A stretch of 57,062 bases of DNA, taken from positions 131,695 through 188,756 of the forward strand of contig PS015070.1 in NCBI GenBank assembly GCA_048213135.1, given 5' to 3'. The stretch comes from Reclinomonas americana ATCC 50394 (Eukaryota). Made by a program: the position numbers and the translations under genes. The notes beneath the pieces are model-generated. The model had not been told where the DNA came from and did not search any database. It saw only the letters and a program-made list of their open reading frames with translations. Below, piece by piece: positions 17,201 to 28,568 of the stretch. Within the stretch, counting starts at the first letter, position 1. The number at the start of each line of letters is the position of its first letter.

Positions 17201-18502
17201 TCCCCTCTCGCTCTCCCCTCACTCGCTCTCCCCTCACTCGCTCTCCCCTCACTCGCTCTCCCCTCACTCGCTCTCCCCTCACTCGCTCTCCCCTCTCGCT
17301 CTCCCCCTCTCGCTCTCNNNNNNNNNNNNNNNNNNNNNNNNNNNNNNNNNNNNNNNNNNNNNNNNNNNNNNNTCGTCCGCTCTCCCCCTCGTCGCTTTCC
17401 CCCTCGTCGCTTTCCCCCTGTCACTCTCCCCCTGTCGCTCTCCCCCTGTCGCCCCCCTGTTGCATTCCCCCTGTCGCTCTCTTGCTCACCCCTCTCTCTC
17501 CCCATCACGTCAGATGCGCTCGACCAGTCGCGATTCGAGGAGGCGAGCAATGCGCTGCATGAGTTGCGTGCGTGCCTCTGCCCATTTCCCCTCTTTGTTC
17601 AATGGTTCTGACACTCTGGGGACGACAGCATGTGCACGGTCCTGTCGAACAACATTCCGCTGTTGATCCTCGCCAACAAGATAGACCAGGAAGGCGCGCC
17701 ATCGGCGGCCATTCTGTCTTCCGCTCTGCGTCTGGATCGTCTGCGCAAGCGACGTGAACACACACTGATAATGACCTCTGCGTTTTTGGCAGGTTGGTGA
17801 TTGCTCTCCCTCGTTCCCGTCTCCCTTTTCCTCCTCTCCCTTTTCCCCCTCTCCCTCTTTCCATTCTACCCACAAAACAGTTGAGAACAAAAACCTCACC
17901 CTTATCCGCGTTGCGCAGAAAACACGTATGTGGCACTCGATTGGATGATTCAGCGCATCAAGATTCAACGACGCACTGTCATGCAAGCCGTCAAGGAGAG
18001 TGCCGTTCGCGGTCTTCACCAACTGCAGGCCGGTTTCGACATTTCGAAGCCTGCGCCGGCGGTGAACGGAACGGCGACGGCCACCTCTGCCGCTGCTGCA
18101 GCCAGTGGCGCCGCCGACGGTGCTGCAAAGACCAGGAAGCGTGGAGCCACGCTCGCGCAGCGCATGATTGCTGTCGACCAGACCAAGACCGCAAACAGTT
18201 GCGATGCAGTTTGGGCGGGGAGAGGTAGTCCGGCTCTTGATGTTCACTCCTTTATTATGTCAGCCTCAACACGAGTGCCTGCGTCGGGTGGCACGCCGAA
18301 TCCACTGGCCGCATCCGCCAATGCCCCCGCGCGGGTTCCTGCGCCCGCCACGTCAGCGCTGCCACCACCGCCCTCCGCACCTGCATCGTCACGCTGGCCG
18401 ACCCACCAAGCCTCCGCCGCCGCCGCCGCTTCGCCTGTACAGGCACCGGCATCACCGACTCCGGCACCACCGAGCTCGGCAGTACGTTCGCCTGTGCGAT
18501 GA
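14214..18502 (+). CDS. PH + coiled coil + second PH + Arf/Arl-like small GTPase + Ala/Pro-rich tail
   Basis: PH1: WWVLRGFKVFCY...GVISL...VVRAASDDEREMWVATLE. PH2 (PLC-like): RRYLRLSSDRTKLQW...CFSVLTPKRTLDIACESEDSREQWITAM. GTPase: FRVLMTGLDGAGKT (G1 at 16811-16834), EPT, FWDCPGG, IVFVVD, IPLLILANKID, TSA. All joined in frame by GT-AG introns, two of which contain gaps. Confidence 0.8.
17135..17480. repeat. Intronic minisatellite, about 15-bp unit ACTCGCTCTCCCCTC
   Basis: Direct tandem copies at 17190-17317, with degenerate copies before them and after the gap. Confidence 0.9.
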
Positions 18503-18619
18503 TGTCGTGGAGAAGATTTTGATATTCTTTCTTGTTTTACCCACATGGCTTGCTTGCTTGTGTGTCTTTTTTTTTTCTCTTTCTACGCTCGCTGCTACTA
18601 CAACATCAAAAATGGAGAC

Positions 18620-20882
18620 AAATAATCATCGCCCATTGTCGACCATCAGCGTTGATCCTGCGTGTGTGCGAGGTTAGCAAGGGGAGGGTGAAGGGGGACG
18701 GAAAGGAGAAGGAACAGAGGAAGAGAAGAAGGAGAAGGAGGACGGACAAGAACAATAACTACATCAAAAGAAGGGGGAAGGTCGCGTCAATGCGTCTAGC
18801 AAATCACGCGACGCGAGTGGAGGCACAGATGGTGGCAGTTGCGTGCGTGAGAGAGAGAGAGGGATAGTTGCATTCGACGAATAAGAGCAAGAGGAAGAGA
18901 GAGTGGACAAGAAGAGGCAAGAGAAGAGTCGCGGGAAGAGAGGCAGAAGAACATCCAGAGTGAGAAAAAAAGGAGAGAAACGGGAGGTATAAAAAAGAGG
19001 AGGAGCAGATGAGAGAGAAAACCCCTTCCGGAACACGGAGGAAGTGAGAGACGGGAGATCAAGGCGCGCAGTCGTCAGAGGAGAGGTAGAGATAACGACA
19101 GAAACCAGGAGGAGCAGAAGAACATCCAAAAACAAGAAGGAGAAAGATGGACGTGTGTCAACAAACCTGGCACCGTCGGCGGTCTGGCCACCCGCATCAA
19201 CAACGGCAGATGCCTCTCGCAAAACGCCTCCGTGCCCTCCCACACATGCGGAACGGCCAGCCATCGCCTTTCCCCTCCAGCAGTCGACGACGACGACGAC
19301 GCCACAGAAGCTACTCTCCTCTGCTGCGCACGCTTTCCCTTGCCAGACTTGCCTCCACCCTGCTGCTGTTGCGGAGCTGCTGCTGGCGATGAAGGCGACG
19401 AGGGAGGCGACGACGAGGCAGAAGAAGAAGAAGGCGGAAGAGGAGGTGGAGGAGACGAGCTCTCCCTCGCTCCCTCCTGCGTCGACGACAACTCCTCGCC
19501 GCACGTCTGGCACACCAAATGAATCGACTCCAGCGATGGCGATGCCCAGGCCCATCGTCGCGAGGTGGTCTCCAGGTGCTGGCTCAGCACAGAGGGAGTG
19601 ATGGCGCGTGCGGGTGGCAGTGTTCGTGGTTCCACTGAGGGATGAGAAGGGAAAGGGAGAGAGGTGAGAAGGGAAAGGGAGAGAGAGAGGGAGAGAGAGG
19701 GGATAGGGGAGACAAGGAGAGGGAGAGGGAGAGAGGTGAGAAGGGAAGGGAGAGAAGGAGAAGGAGGGGAGAGAGGGAGAGAGAGAAGGAGAAAGGGAGG
19801 GAAAGGATGGGAGAGAGAGATGATTGATCACAGAGAGAGAGAGGGAGAGGGAGACAACGAGAGGGAGAGGGAGAAGGGAAAGACAGAGAGAAAGGGAGAG
19901 TCTGCTGTGCATTGTTGTCTCTCATTCATCACTCACTCCTCTCTCTATCACTTCCTCTCCCTTTCACACAGTCTCTCTCTCTTTCTCTCTCTCACACGCG
20001 CTCTCTCTCTCTCTGTGCACTCTTTTCTCTCTCTCTCTCNNNNNNNNNNNNNNNNNNNNNNNNNNNNNNNNNNNNNNNNNNNNNNNNNNNNNNNNNNNNN
20101 NNNNNNNNNNNNNNNNNNNNNNNNNNNNNNNNNNNNNNNNNNNNNNNNNNNNNNNNNNNNNNNNNNNNNNNNNNNNNNNNNNNNNNNNNNNNNNNNNNNN
20201 NNNNNNNNNNNNNNNNNNNNNNNNNNNNNNNNNNNNNNNNNNNNNNNNNNNNNNNNNNNNNNNNNNNNNNNNNNNNNNNNNNNNNNNNNNNNNNNNNNNN
20301 NNNNNNNNNNNNNNNNNNNNNNNNNNNNNNNNNNNNNNNNNNNNNNNNNNNNNNNNNNNNNNNNNNNNNNNNNNNNNNNNNNNNNNNNNNNNNNNNNNNN
20401 NNNNNNNNNNNNNNNNNNNNNNNNNNNNNNNNNNNNNNNNNNNNNNNNNNNNNNNNNNNNNNNNNNNNNNNNNNNNNNNNNNNNNNNNNNNNNNNNNNNN
20501 NNNNNNNNNNNNNNNNNNNNNNNNNNNNNNNNNNNNNNNNNNNNNNNNNNNNNNNNNNNNNNNNNNNNNNNNNNNNNNNNNNNNNNNNNNNNNNNNNNNN
20601 NNNNNNNNNNNNNNNNNNNNNNNNNNNNNNNNNNNNNNNNNNNNNNNNNNNNNNNNNNNNNNNNNNNNNNNNTTATCCTCCTTCTCTCTCTCTCTCACTC
20701 ACAAACTGAAACACCAACGTCGCGGCCATCGACACGGCCACCACGAGCGCGGGAGCAGACAGAAGGCCAAGAGGAGCAGCACACCCAGTGCTGCAGAGAG
20801 GGAGAGAAGCACAACAGTGGCGGAGATGCCGGCCAAGTCTCCTCCTGTTGTTTCCATTTCGTTGTCAAGTGCGTGAGTCATA
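18620..20882 (-). CDS. Hypothetical protein, partial and interrupted by a gap
   Basis: An exon-like block at about 19168-19636 is bounded by ccctcag and gtttgt (VEPRTLPP...LVCQTCGEEL...AFCERHLPLLM). A hydrophobic segment at about 20715-20860 may be the first exon and about 18620-18657 the last. No family recognised, and the linkage across the gap is uncertain. Confidence 0.35.
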
Positions 20883-21284
20883 AGTGAGAGGGGACAGACT
20901 CTGTCAAGTTCGACTTCATGCCTGAACAACAACAACAGCTGTCTTGATGACCAAGTTCAACCGTATCCAAAGCATCAACACGAACACCGGTCTTGAGGCA
21001 ACAGCAGGTTTCTTGAACATGCATATGTACATGTGTGTGTGTGTGTTCGCTCTCGCTAGCGGAGCTCCCTTTCTTGTTGTTCTTGAACTCGTGAAGCACT
21101 GTTCGCCTTTGTATTACACATCCAGTGGCAAACGTGTGGTCTTCGTGCCTGCAATTTTGGTAATTCCAACTGCATCTGGTATCAAGCACCCAGTGGCAAC
21201 CATGCGCCGCGCTCCCATTTGCAACCCTTGACCTCCTGAAGTCCTCATACATTACAAAGGTCGACGTCGCAAAAGGTCAAGCAT

Positions 21285-23975
21285 TCAAGGATCCGGATTA
21301 CGTGGCTCTTCTTGCTTGACATCGACCTTGTTTTGCAGAATCTCTGCCGCGGTGCCGTGTGGACTTAGCGGCGCAGTGTTGGTGGCTCCGCTCACATGCA
21401 CGGAGTATGTTACTGCTGCGCGCGCGGCAGGAGCAACATGCCTCAGAGACAATCGCGACGACGGATCAAAATGCAGACCTGCGGCGGCAGCATCAGCGGC
21501 CGCAGTTACCGCAACGACTGTGATCTCGAGCTCCAACGACTGCAATGGATTGTACTGAGCGGCGGCAGAGGCAGCAGAATCCGCAGCGGAGGCAGCAGGC
21601 TGATTCTGTGCAAAGGAGAGTGTCACAGGAAAGATGCAGCTTTCAGCACAGCAGCACAAAGCACCTCTTCGCTTGATACGCCCGAGCCAGTCGAGCGCTG
21701 CCGTTTCATCGGCGGACTGCCATCGCCATCATGATCACGTTGGGCCATCGATATCGGCCGCTTATCGCCAGCATGCGGTTCAGAGTCCGGGGAGCCATGC
21801 AAGTGGAGGCCATCACTCATTTTCGCAGACGCAGCATCGACTAGTTGAGCAGCCGCCGACTCTGCCATCAGCGGGTGCACGTGGCTGGCGTTGTGCCGAT
21901 CGCGATGCGCAGTGCCAGCTCCCGACGGCAACCGATCGTCACCTGGAGGAGTCGTCGCGGATCCGGATGTGGAGACAGAGTGCGGTCTCTTGGGTTCCCT
22001 CTCATCGATTTCCGCAGACGACGCCGCGGCTGAACGTTTTCCAGTTGTCTGCGGCACGAGAGATAAGTAGACGACGGCACAACGCAAAGAAAGTGAACTT
22101 GTACCGAGCGTCGCGGCTGATGAGATTCCGAAGCTTCCGCTCCAACATCTTGCGCAGGCAGTGAGACACTGGAGACACGCACGCGATATGCAGTGCGCAG
22201 CTGTTTACTCACCGGTTGACGGTGACGGAGTGCGATGCAGCGAGGAAGCGACAACCGGCTGTGCTGTTGCTGCTGCAGCTGCAGTTGGTGCCGACCTCTG
22301 CAGCTGCTGTGGTAAACAGGGGTAGAACATATCAGCGACGAGTTAACAGCATCAATGGTGATAAGATATCTGTGCGCACGAACCGTACGACGGGATGGAC
22401 TGACACGGTTGTCTGCTACCAACTCGAAACAATAAGCACACTTCTTGGCATGACTCATAACGCAAAGCAAGACGCACCCGGTTCACCTCTTCGTGGAGTC
22501 GAGTTGCTTGCTTGTTCGGTGTTGCTTGCAGTTCTCTTTGTGCGTGGGGAGGCGAGTGGCGGCACCGCAGCGACGGCGTCCGATGAAGCTGGCGATGCAG
22601 GATCTGAGGTTGATCTGTTGTACCCAATGACGCGGAGGCATGATCACGAGATCGCGCAACGCGTGAAAGAGAAGAGAGAGCGAAACTCATTGCGATACCT
22701 AGAGCGCGGTAGTTGCGTGTCTATAGGGTTGGCCGGCGGCTCGCGATAGGAAGGAGCGTTCGAGGACAGTGAGCCGCGGTTGGCAGCCGAGGACGACAGC
22801 CTCATCGTCGCGATCGGCTGTCCACTGCTCGTTGTCTTCTTGACAGCGAGAAGCGTGGACGGCGGAGCAGCAGCAGTTAACGTTGTAGAAATCCTGTCCA
22901 CCGCAAGCGCAGGCACGGTTGATGGCGAAGCAGAGGCGATCGTTGAGGAAATCGGCCTCGCCGGCACAGACGGCGCTGGCAGTCGTAGCGGCATCAGAGC
23001 GCCATACTGCAGCGACGGTGGCACTGGCCGCTCCACAGCAGGATGCATACGCATCGGCGATCGCGCTGGCTGTGGTGGTGGCGATGGCTGTCGTCTTGGG
23101 GGCGCTGGCGGCGGACGTCGTCCTGGATCCGGAGGCGGAGGTGGTGGTGGTGGTGGCGGTGGTGGTGGTGGTGGTGTCGGCGGCGGTGGCTACAGGGAGC
23201 GGTACCAAGCGACCTCAGCACGGGCGATCACTCAAGCAGACTGATATCGGTATTCTCACCGAAGACGACGAAGGCGGCCCTGGTAGAGACTGCGGACTGT
23301 TTGCACCACCTCGCCTGAGCAGCCAGACCACCAGCACCACATTCAACACAGCGAACAGGATTGCAGCAAGCATGATCGAGTACGACGCTATGTAGGCGAC
23401 AAGCAGGTTTCCGAAGGCCGAGGCACCAGCAGACAACATCAGTATCAACGCAGGGCGTTGCACAAGCCTTTGCACGTATCCAGCTAACAATCGCAAACGA
23501 AGCCGTTGCAGCACCGGCAACAAGCACAAGAGGCGAACCCACATCACGATCATCACAGGCTGCGCCAGCGCGCCTGCAACTACCGCCCATCCCTCGTTGA
23601 CGATTTCATCCAGTCCTTGCACTATCACAGTCAACAGTACCCAAACGATGTATATGCACAGCACAGAGCACGAGATCAGCTTGTCTAAAGCGTCCAGCCG
23701 CCACCACCACGCAAGTACGGGCCGAGTAACAACAAGCACCAGATATCTCAGTGCGATAAACAAGCAATGTACCACCACCGCGAAGGCGCAAAGCAGGTAA
23801 TAAGGGAGCAATGCGACATGTTTCTGCAACATCCAACCCACGAAAAAAGACGCGGAGAGAGAGAGAGTCAGGAAAAATGCATGATCTATGATCGGTTATT
23901 GTGACATGTGCACGCAAGCAAGCTCACCGCCAGTGTGATGCAGCCTCTTAACGTCCTCCACAAGATCGTCTCCAT
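21285..23975 (-). CDS. Tandem family copy A: about 4 N-terminal TM segments + long Pro/Ser/Ala-rich disordered tail (about 8 introns)
   Basis: Splices in frame from METILWRTLRGCITLA|KHVALLPYYLL through WRLDALDKLI, a poly-Pro tract and KRPHS/PPMKRQRS to KQEEPRNPDP*. Intron positions are shared with copies B and C. Confidence 0.7.
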
Positions 23976-24173
23976 GCTTTGCGCAAAGGGCGATGTCTCC
24001 TGTACGCCGTGCGTTGGTCGTGCGTTGTGTGTTCGGTTGGGTTCGGTTTGCATGACAGGACATGTCGACGGCCTTCCGCCCCGTGCTGTGTTCCTATCAA
24101 CGACTGCCCGGAAGATGCCGTACTTCCTGGCTTGCTGCTGTTCTTTCTAGCTTGTCAGCTGTTGTTTTCGAAT

Positions 24174-24486
24174 TCACTCATGCCGATCATTCATGGTGGC
24201 TCTTGCTTGACATCGACCTTGTTTTGCAGATGTCTTGCCGCGCGACCGTGAGGACTCAGCGGCGTAGTGTTGGTGGCTCCGCTCACGCGCATGGAGTCTG
24301 TGACTGCAGCGGCAGGAGAAAACATGCGTCAGAGACAATCGTTGCGACGACGACGGATCTACTTCTGAGGGGTTTTCGCAACTTTGTCTGCTCATGATTC
24401 CTGGCTGCAGACCTGCGACGGCAGCAACAGCGGCCGCAGTTGTCGCGACGACCAAGATCTCATCCTCCTGCAAAGGATGGGACGCA

Positions 24487-24526
<40 letters not shown>

Positions 24527-24866
24527 GTGGTGGTGGTGGTGGTGGTGGTGGTGGTGGTGGTGGTGGTGGTGGTGGTGGTGGTGGTGGTGGTGGTGGTGGT
24601 GGTGGTGGTGGTGGTGGTGGTGGTGGTGGTGGTGGTGGTGGTGGTGGTGGTGGTGGCGAAGTCGTGGCGTGGTACGGCGAAGGCGGAGTGGTACGGTACA
24701 GCGAGAGCGAACGAGGATTGCAGCAAGCAGTGATCGAGTACGACGCTATGTAGGNNNNNNNNNNNNNNNNNNNNCGTCGCAGACTGCGACGGCGAGCGAC
24801 AGCGGCCGCGAGTGTCGCGACGACCAACGAGTCGTCACTCCGTCCTGGCAACGGAGTGGACGGCGA

Positions 24867-24906
<40 letters not shown>

Positions 24907-27900
24907 GTGGTGGTGGTGGTGGTGGTGGTGGTGGTGGTGGTGGTGGTGGTGGTGGTGGTGGTGGTGGTGGTGGTGGTGGTGGTGGTGGTGGTGGTGGTGG
25001 TGGTGGTGGTGGTGGTGGTGGTGGTGGTGGTGGTGGCAATGGAGGCGATGCATGGTAGTGAGCGATGGCAGAGGCAGCAGAATCCGCAGCAGGCTGATCC
25101 TGTGAACGGGAGCAGGTCACAGCAATGAAGAAGCTTCTAGCACGGCAGTTGTGAAGCACCTCTTCGCTTGAGACGCCCGGGCCACCATTCGAGCGCCGCC
25201 GTTTCTCCGGTGGGCCGCCATCGCTACTGACACTTGCAAGACCATCACGTTGGTCCACTGTCCGCTTGTCACCAGCATGCGGCTCAGACTCGTGGGAAGC
25301 ATGCGAGTGGAAGCCATTACTCGCTTCCACGCCGACAGCCGACTCTGCCGTTGACGAGCGCCTGGTTGTGCGCTGACGCGTTGTGCCCGTCTCCGACGGC
25401 GACCAATCTTCACCTGGAGGAGTCGTCGTGGATGTGGAGACCGAGTGCGGTCTCTTGCGGCCCCTCTCATCCGCAAGCGACGCCGCGGCTGGACGCTTTC
25501 CAGTTTTCTGCGAGATGAGAGATAAGCAGCTGACGACACTACGCTTAGCAAAGTGCATCCGAACCGAGTGTCGCGGCCGAGGAGATGCTGCAGCTCCTGC
25601 TCCTGCAAGTCGCACATGGAGTAAGATATCGGAGTCGCACATGCGTTGTGCACAGTTGTATACCCACCGGTTGGGGGAGACGGAGTGCGAGGCAGCGAGG
25701 GCGAAGGGACCGGCTGTTCTGTTGCCGTGGTTGCAGTTGGCGCCGACCTCTGCCGTGGGGGAGAACACATCAGCGACAAGTGACCATTGCCAATAGTGAT
25801 CATATATCTGTGTGCACGCGAACCGTACGACGAGATGGACTGACACGGTAGTCTGCTGCCAGCTCGAAACAATGAGCACACTTGTTGGCATTACTCACAA
25901 CGCAAAGCAAGACGCACCCGGTTCACCGTTCCGCGGCGTCGAGTTGCTTGCTTGTTCGCTGCTGCTTGCGGTTCTCCTAGTGCGTGAACAGTGAGGCATG
26001 CATATGAGATCGCACAACGAAAAGAAGCGAGGCAGCGAAACTTATCGCGATGCCGAGACCGCGGCGGCTGCTTGTCGTCGTTGTTGATCGGCGGCTCGGA
26101 ACCGCCATTCGAGGACGGTGACGACGACGGTACTCCACTGCTCGTCGTCTTCTTGACAGCAGGAAGCGCGGACGGCGGAGCAGCAGCAGTCGAAGAGGTC
26201 CGCTTCACCGCAGGTAGCGAAGGCGGCGCTGGCGGAGCCACAGCAGAAGCTCCTNNNNNNNNNNNNNNNNNNNNGGCGGATCACCGTCCTCGAATGGTGG
26301 TTCCGAGCCGCCGATCAACAACGGCGACAAGCAGCCGCCGCGGTCTCGACATCGCGACAAGTTTCGCTGCCTCGCTTCTTTCGTCGCGCGATCTCATGCC
26401 TCACCGGTTGCGACAGATCTACATCCGACGCTGCACCGTCAACCAGGAAAACAGCGCGTCGGGGGCGACAAAAGAAGCGTATGGTAAGTGCTGGTAGCAT
26501 CCTCTCACTTGGTCACTCCGCTCTGATCGTCAAAGTTGACAGTCGCCTCCATTGTCATCGCCGTCGTCCTCGCCGCCACCCCCACCACCGCCGGCTGGNN
26601 NNNNNNNNNNNNNNNNNNNNNNNNNNNNNNNNNNNNNNNNNNNNNNNNNNNNNNNNNNNNNNNNNNNNNNNNNNNNNNNNNNNNNNNNNNNNNNNNNNNN
26701 NNNNNNNNNNNNNNNNNNNNNNNNNNNNNNNNNNNNNNNGTTGGCAGCCGAGAGCGACGACGGTACTCCACTGCTCGTTGTCTTCTTCACAGCTGGCAGC
26801 GTGGACGGCGGAGCAGCAGCAGTCGAAGAAGTCCGCTTCACCGTAGGCAGCGAAGGCGGCGCTGGCGGAGCCACAGCAGAAGCTCCTCCAGCCGGCGGTG
26901 GTGGGGGCGGTGAGGATGAAGGCGATGACGATGGTGGAGGAGGCTGTGACGCGCATATTCAATGAGACTTCAGTACGACCAAGCCACACAACGATAACGT
27001 TGTCAGTTTACACTTACGGTTGGCGGTCTTCGCCTCTCTCGTGTCGCCCTGTCAGTTACCGGTGGTGCAGGATCGGTGGCTGATCTGCTGGAAACAACGA
27101 TACGTTATAAAGAAATCGTGCAAGGCGGGCCCAAGGGTGGCCACCGTAACTTGGTACCGCGACGACTGCTTGACGGTCGGGAATCACTCTCAGACTGCTT
27201 CGCTGCAGGCGGCGATGACGGAGCGGCGGCAGTTGCAGTCTTCGAAGACGGCTTCGCTGCAGGCGGCGATGGTAGAGCGGCAGCAGTGGGGCGAGTTGCA
27301 GTCCTGGAAGACGGTCTCGCGGCAGCCGGCGATAGTGGAGCGGTAGCAGTTGGGCGAGTTGCTGCTGTGGGAACCCCCTTCGTCACATGCGGCCGCGGGG
27401 ATGACTGAGCGTCTACCGCGGGGCGAGTTCGTGCATTTGAAGGCTGTCGGAGTGCCGCTCTTGCCGCGGGTGCTGGCGGTGGTGGTGGTGGCGATGGCTG
27501 TCGTCTTGGTGGCGGTGGCGGCGGGCGTCGTCCTGGATCCGGAGGCGGAGGTGGTGGTGATAGTGGCGGTGGCGGTGGCTACAGGGGGCGGTACCAAGCG
27601 ACCTCAGCACGGTCGATCACTCAAGCAGACTCATGTCGGCTTGCACTCACCAAAGAAGGCGAAGGCGGAGCAGGGTGAGGCTGCGGATTGTTTGCACGAC
27701 CTCGCCTGAGTAGCCAGACTACCAGCACCACTGCCTGCACCACATACTGCACAGTGAACAGGATTGCAGCAAGGAACACAGAGTACGGCGCGGTGTTGGT
27801 GACAAGCAGGTTTCCGAAGACCGAGGCACCGGCAGATAACATCAGTATCAACGCAGGGCGTTGCACGAGCCTTTGCACGTTTCCAGTCAACAGTCGCAAA

Positions 27901-28384
27901 CGAAGCCGTTGCAGCACCGGCAACAAGCACAAGAGGCGGACTCCAACCACGTTCATCACAAGCAGCACTGGCGAGACTGCGAATATAGACCATCCAACGG
28001 CGACGGCCTCATCCAGTCCTCGCACTATCACATTCAACAGTACCCAAACGAAATATCCGCACAGCACTGAGTACGCGATCAGCTTGTCCACAGCGTCCAG
28101 CTGCCACAACCACGCGCGTGTGCGACGTGCAACAGCATGCAGCAGATCTCTCGCTACGTAAAACAAGAATGTCACCCCCACCGCGATGGCGAGGAGCAGG
28201 TAATAAGGGAGCAATGCGACATGTTTCTGCAACATCCAACCCACGAAAAAAGCGGAGAGAGAGAGAGTCAGGAAAAATGCATGATCAATGATCGGTTATT
28301 GTGACATGTGCACGCAAGCAAGCTCACCGCCAGTGTGATGCAGACTCTTAACGTCCTCCTCACGATCGACTTGATTGCCTCCAT
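24174..28384 (-). CDS. Tandem family copy B (gapped, internal repeats, apparent frameshift near the 3' end)
   Basis: Starts MEAIKSIVRRTLRVCITLA|KHVALLPYYLL and contains WQLDAVDKLIAYSVL. Same exon structure as A and C, with extra PAVKKTTSSG repeats and a (GGT)n poly-Pro tract. Confidence 0.62.
24487..25037. repeat. (GGC)n(GGT)n trinucleotide tracts, poly-Pro on the minus strand; present twice, probably through unmerged contig ends
   Basis: Seen directly at 24487-24658 and 24867-25037, either side of the gap at 24755-24774. Confidence 0.9.
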
Positions 28385-28568
28385 GCTTTGCGCGAAGGGC
28401 GATGTCTCCTGCACGCCGTGCGTTGTGTGTTCGGTTTGCAAGACAGGACATGTCGACGGCCTTCCGCCCCGTGCTGTGTTCCTATCAACAAGGACTGCCC
28501 AGAAGATGCCGTACTTCGTGGCTTGCTGCTATTCTTTCTAGCTCGTCAGCTGCTGTTTTCGAATTCAC

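Noticed and set aside
24659-24870. Apparent internal duplication and chimeric fragment around the gap in copy B
   Set aside because: 24775-24870 is an indel-ridden copy of 24403-24490, and 24715-24754 is a noisy copy of 23355-23396. These are low-quality contig ends that failed to merge, not biology.
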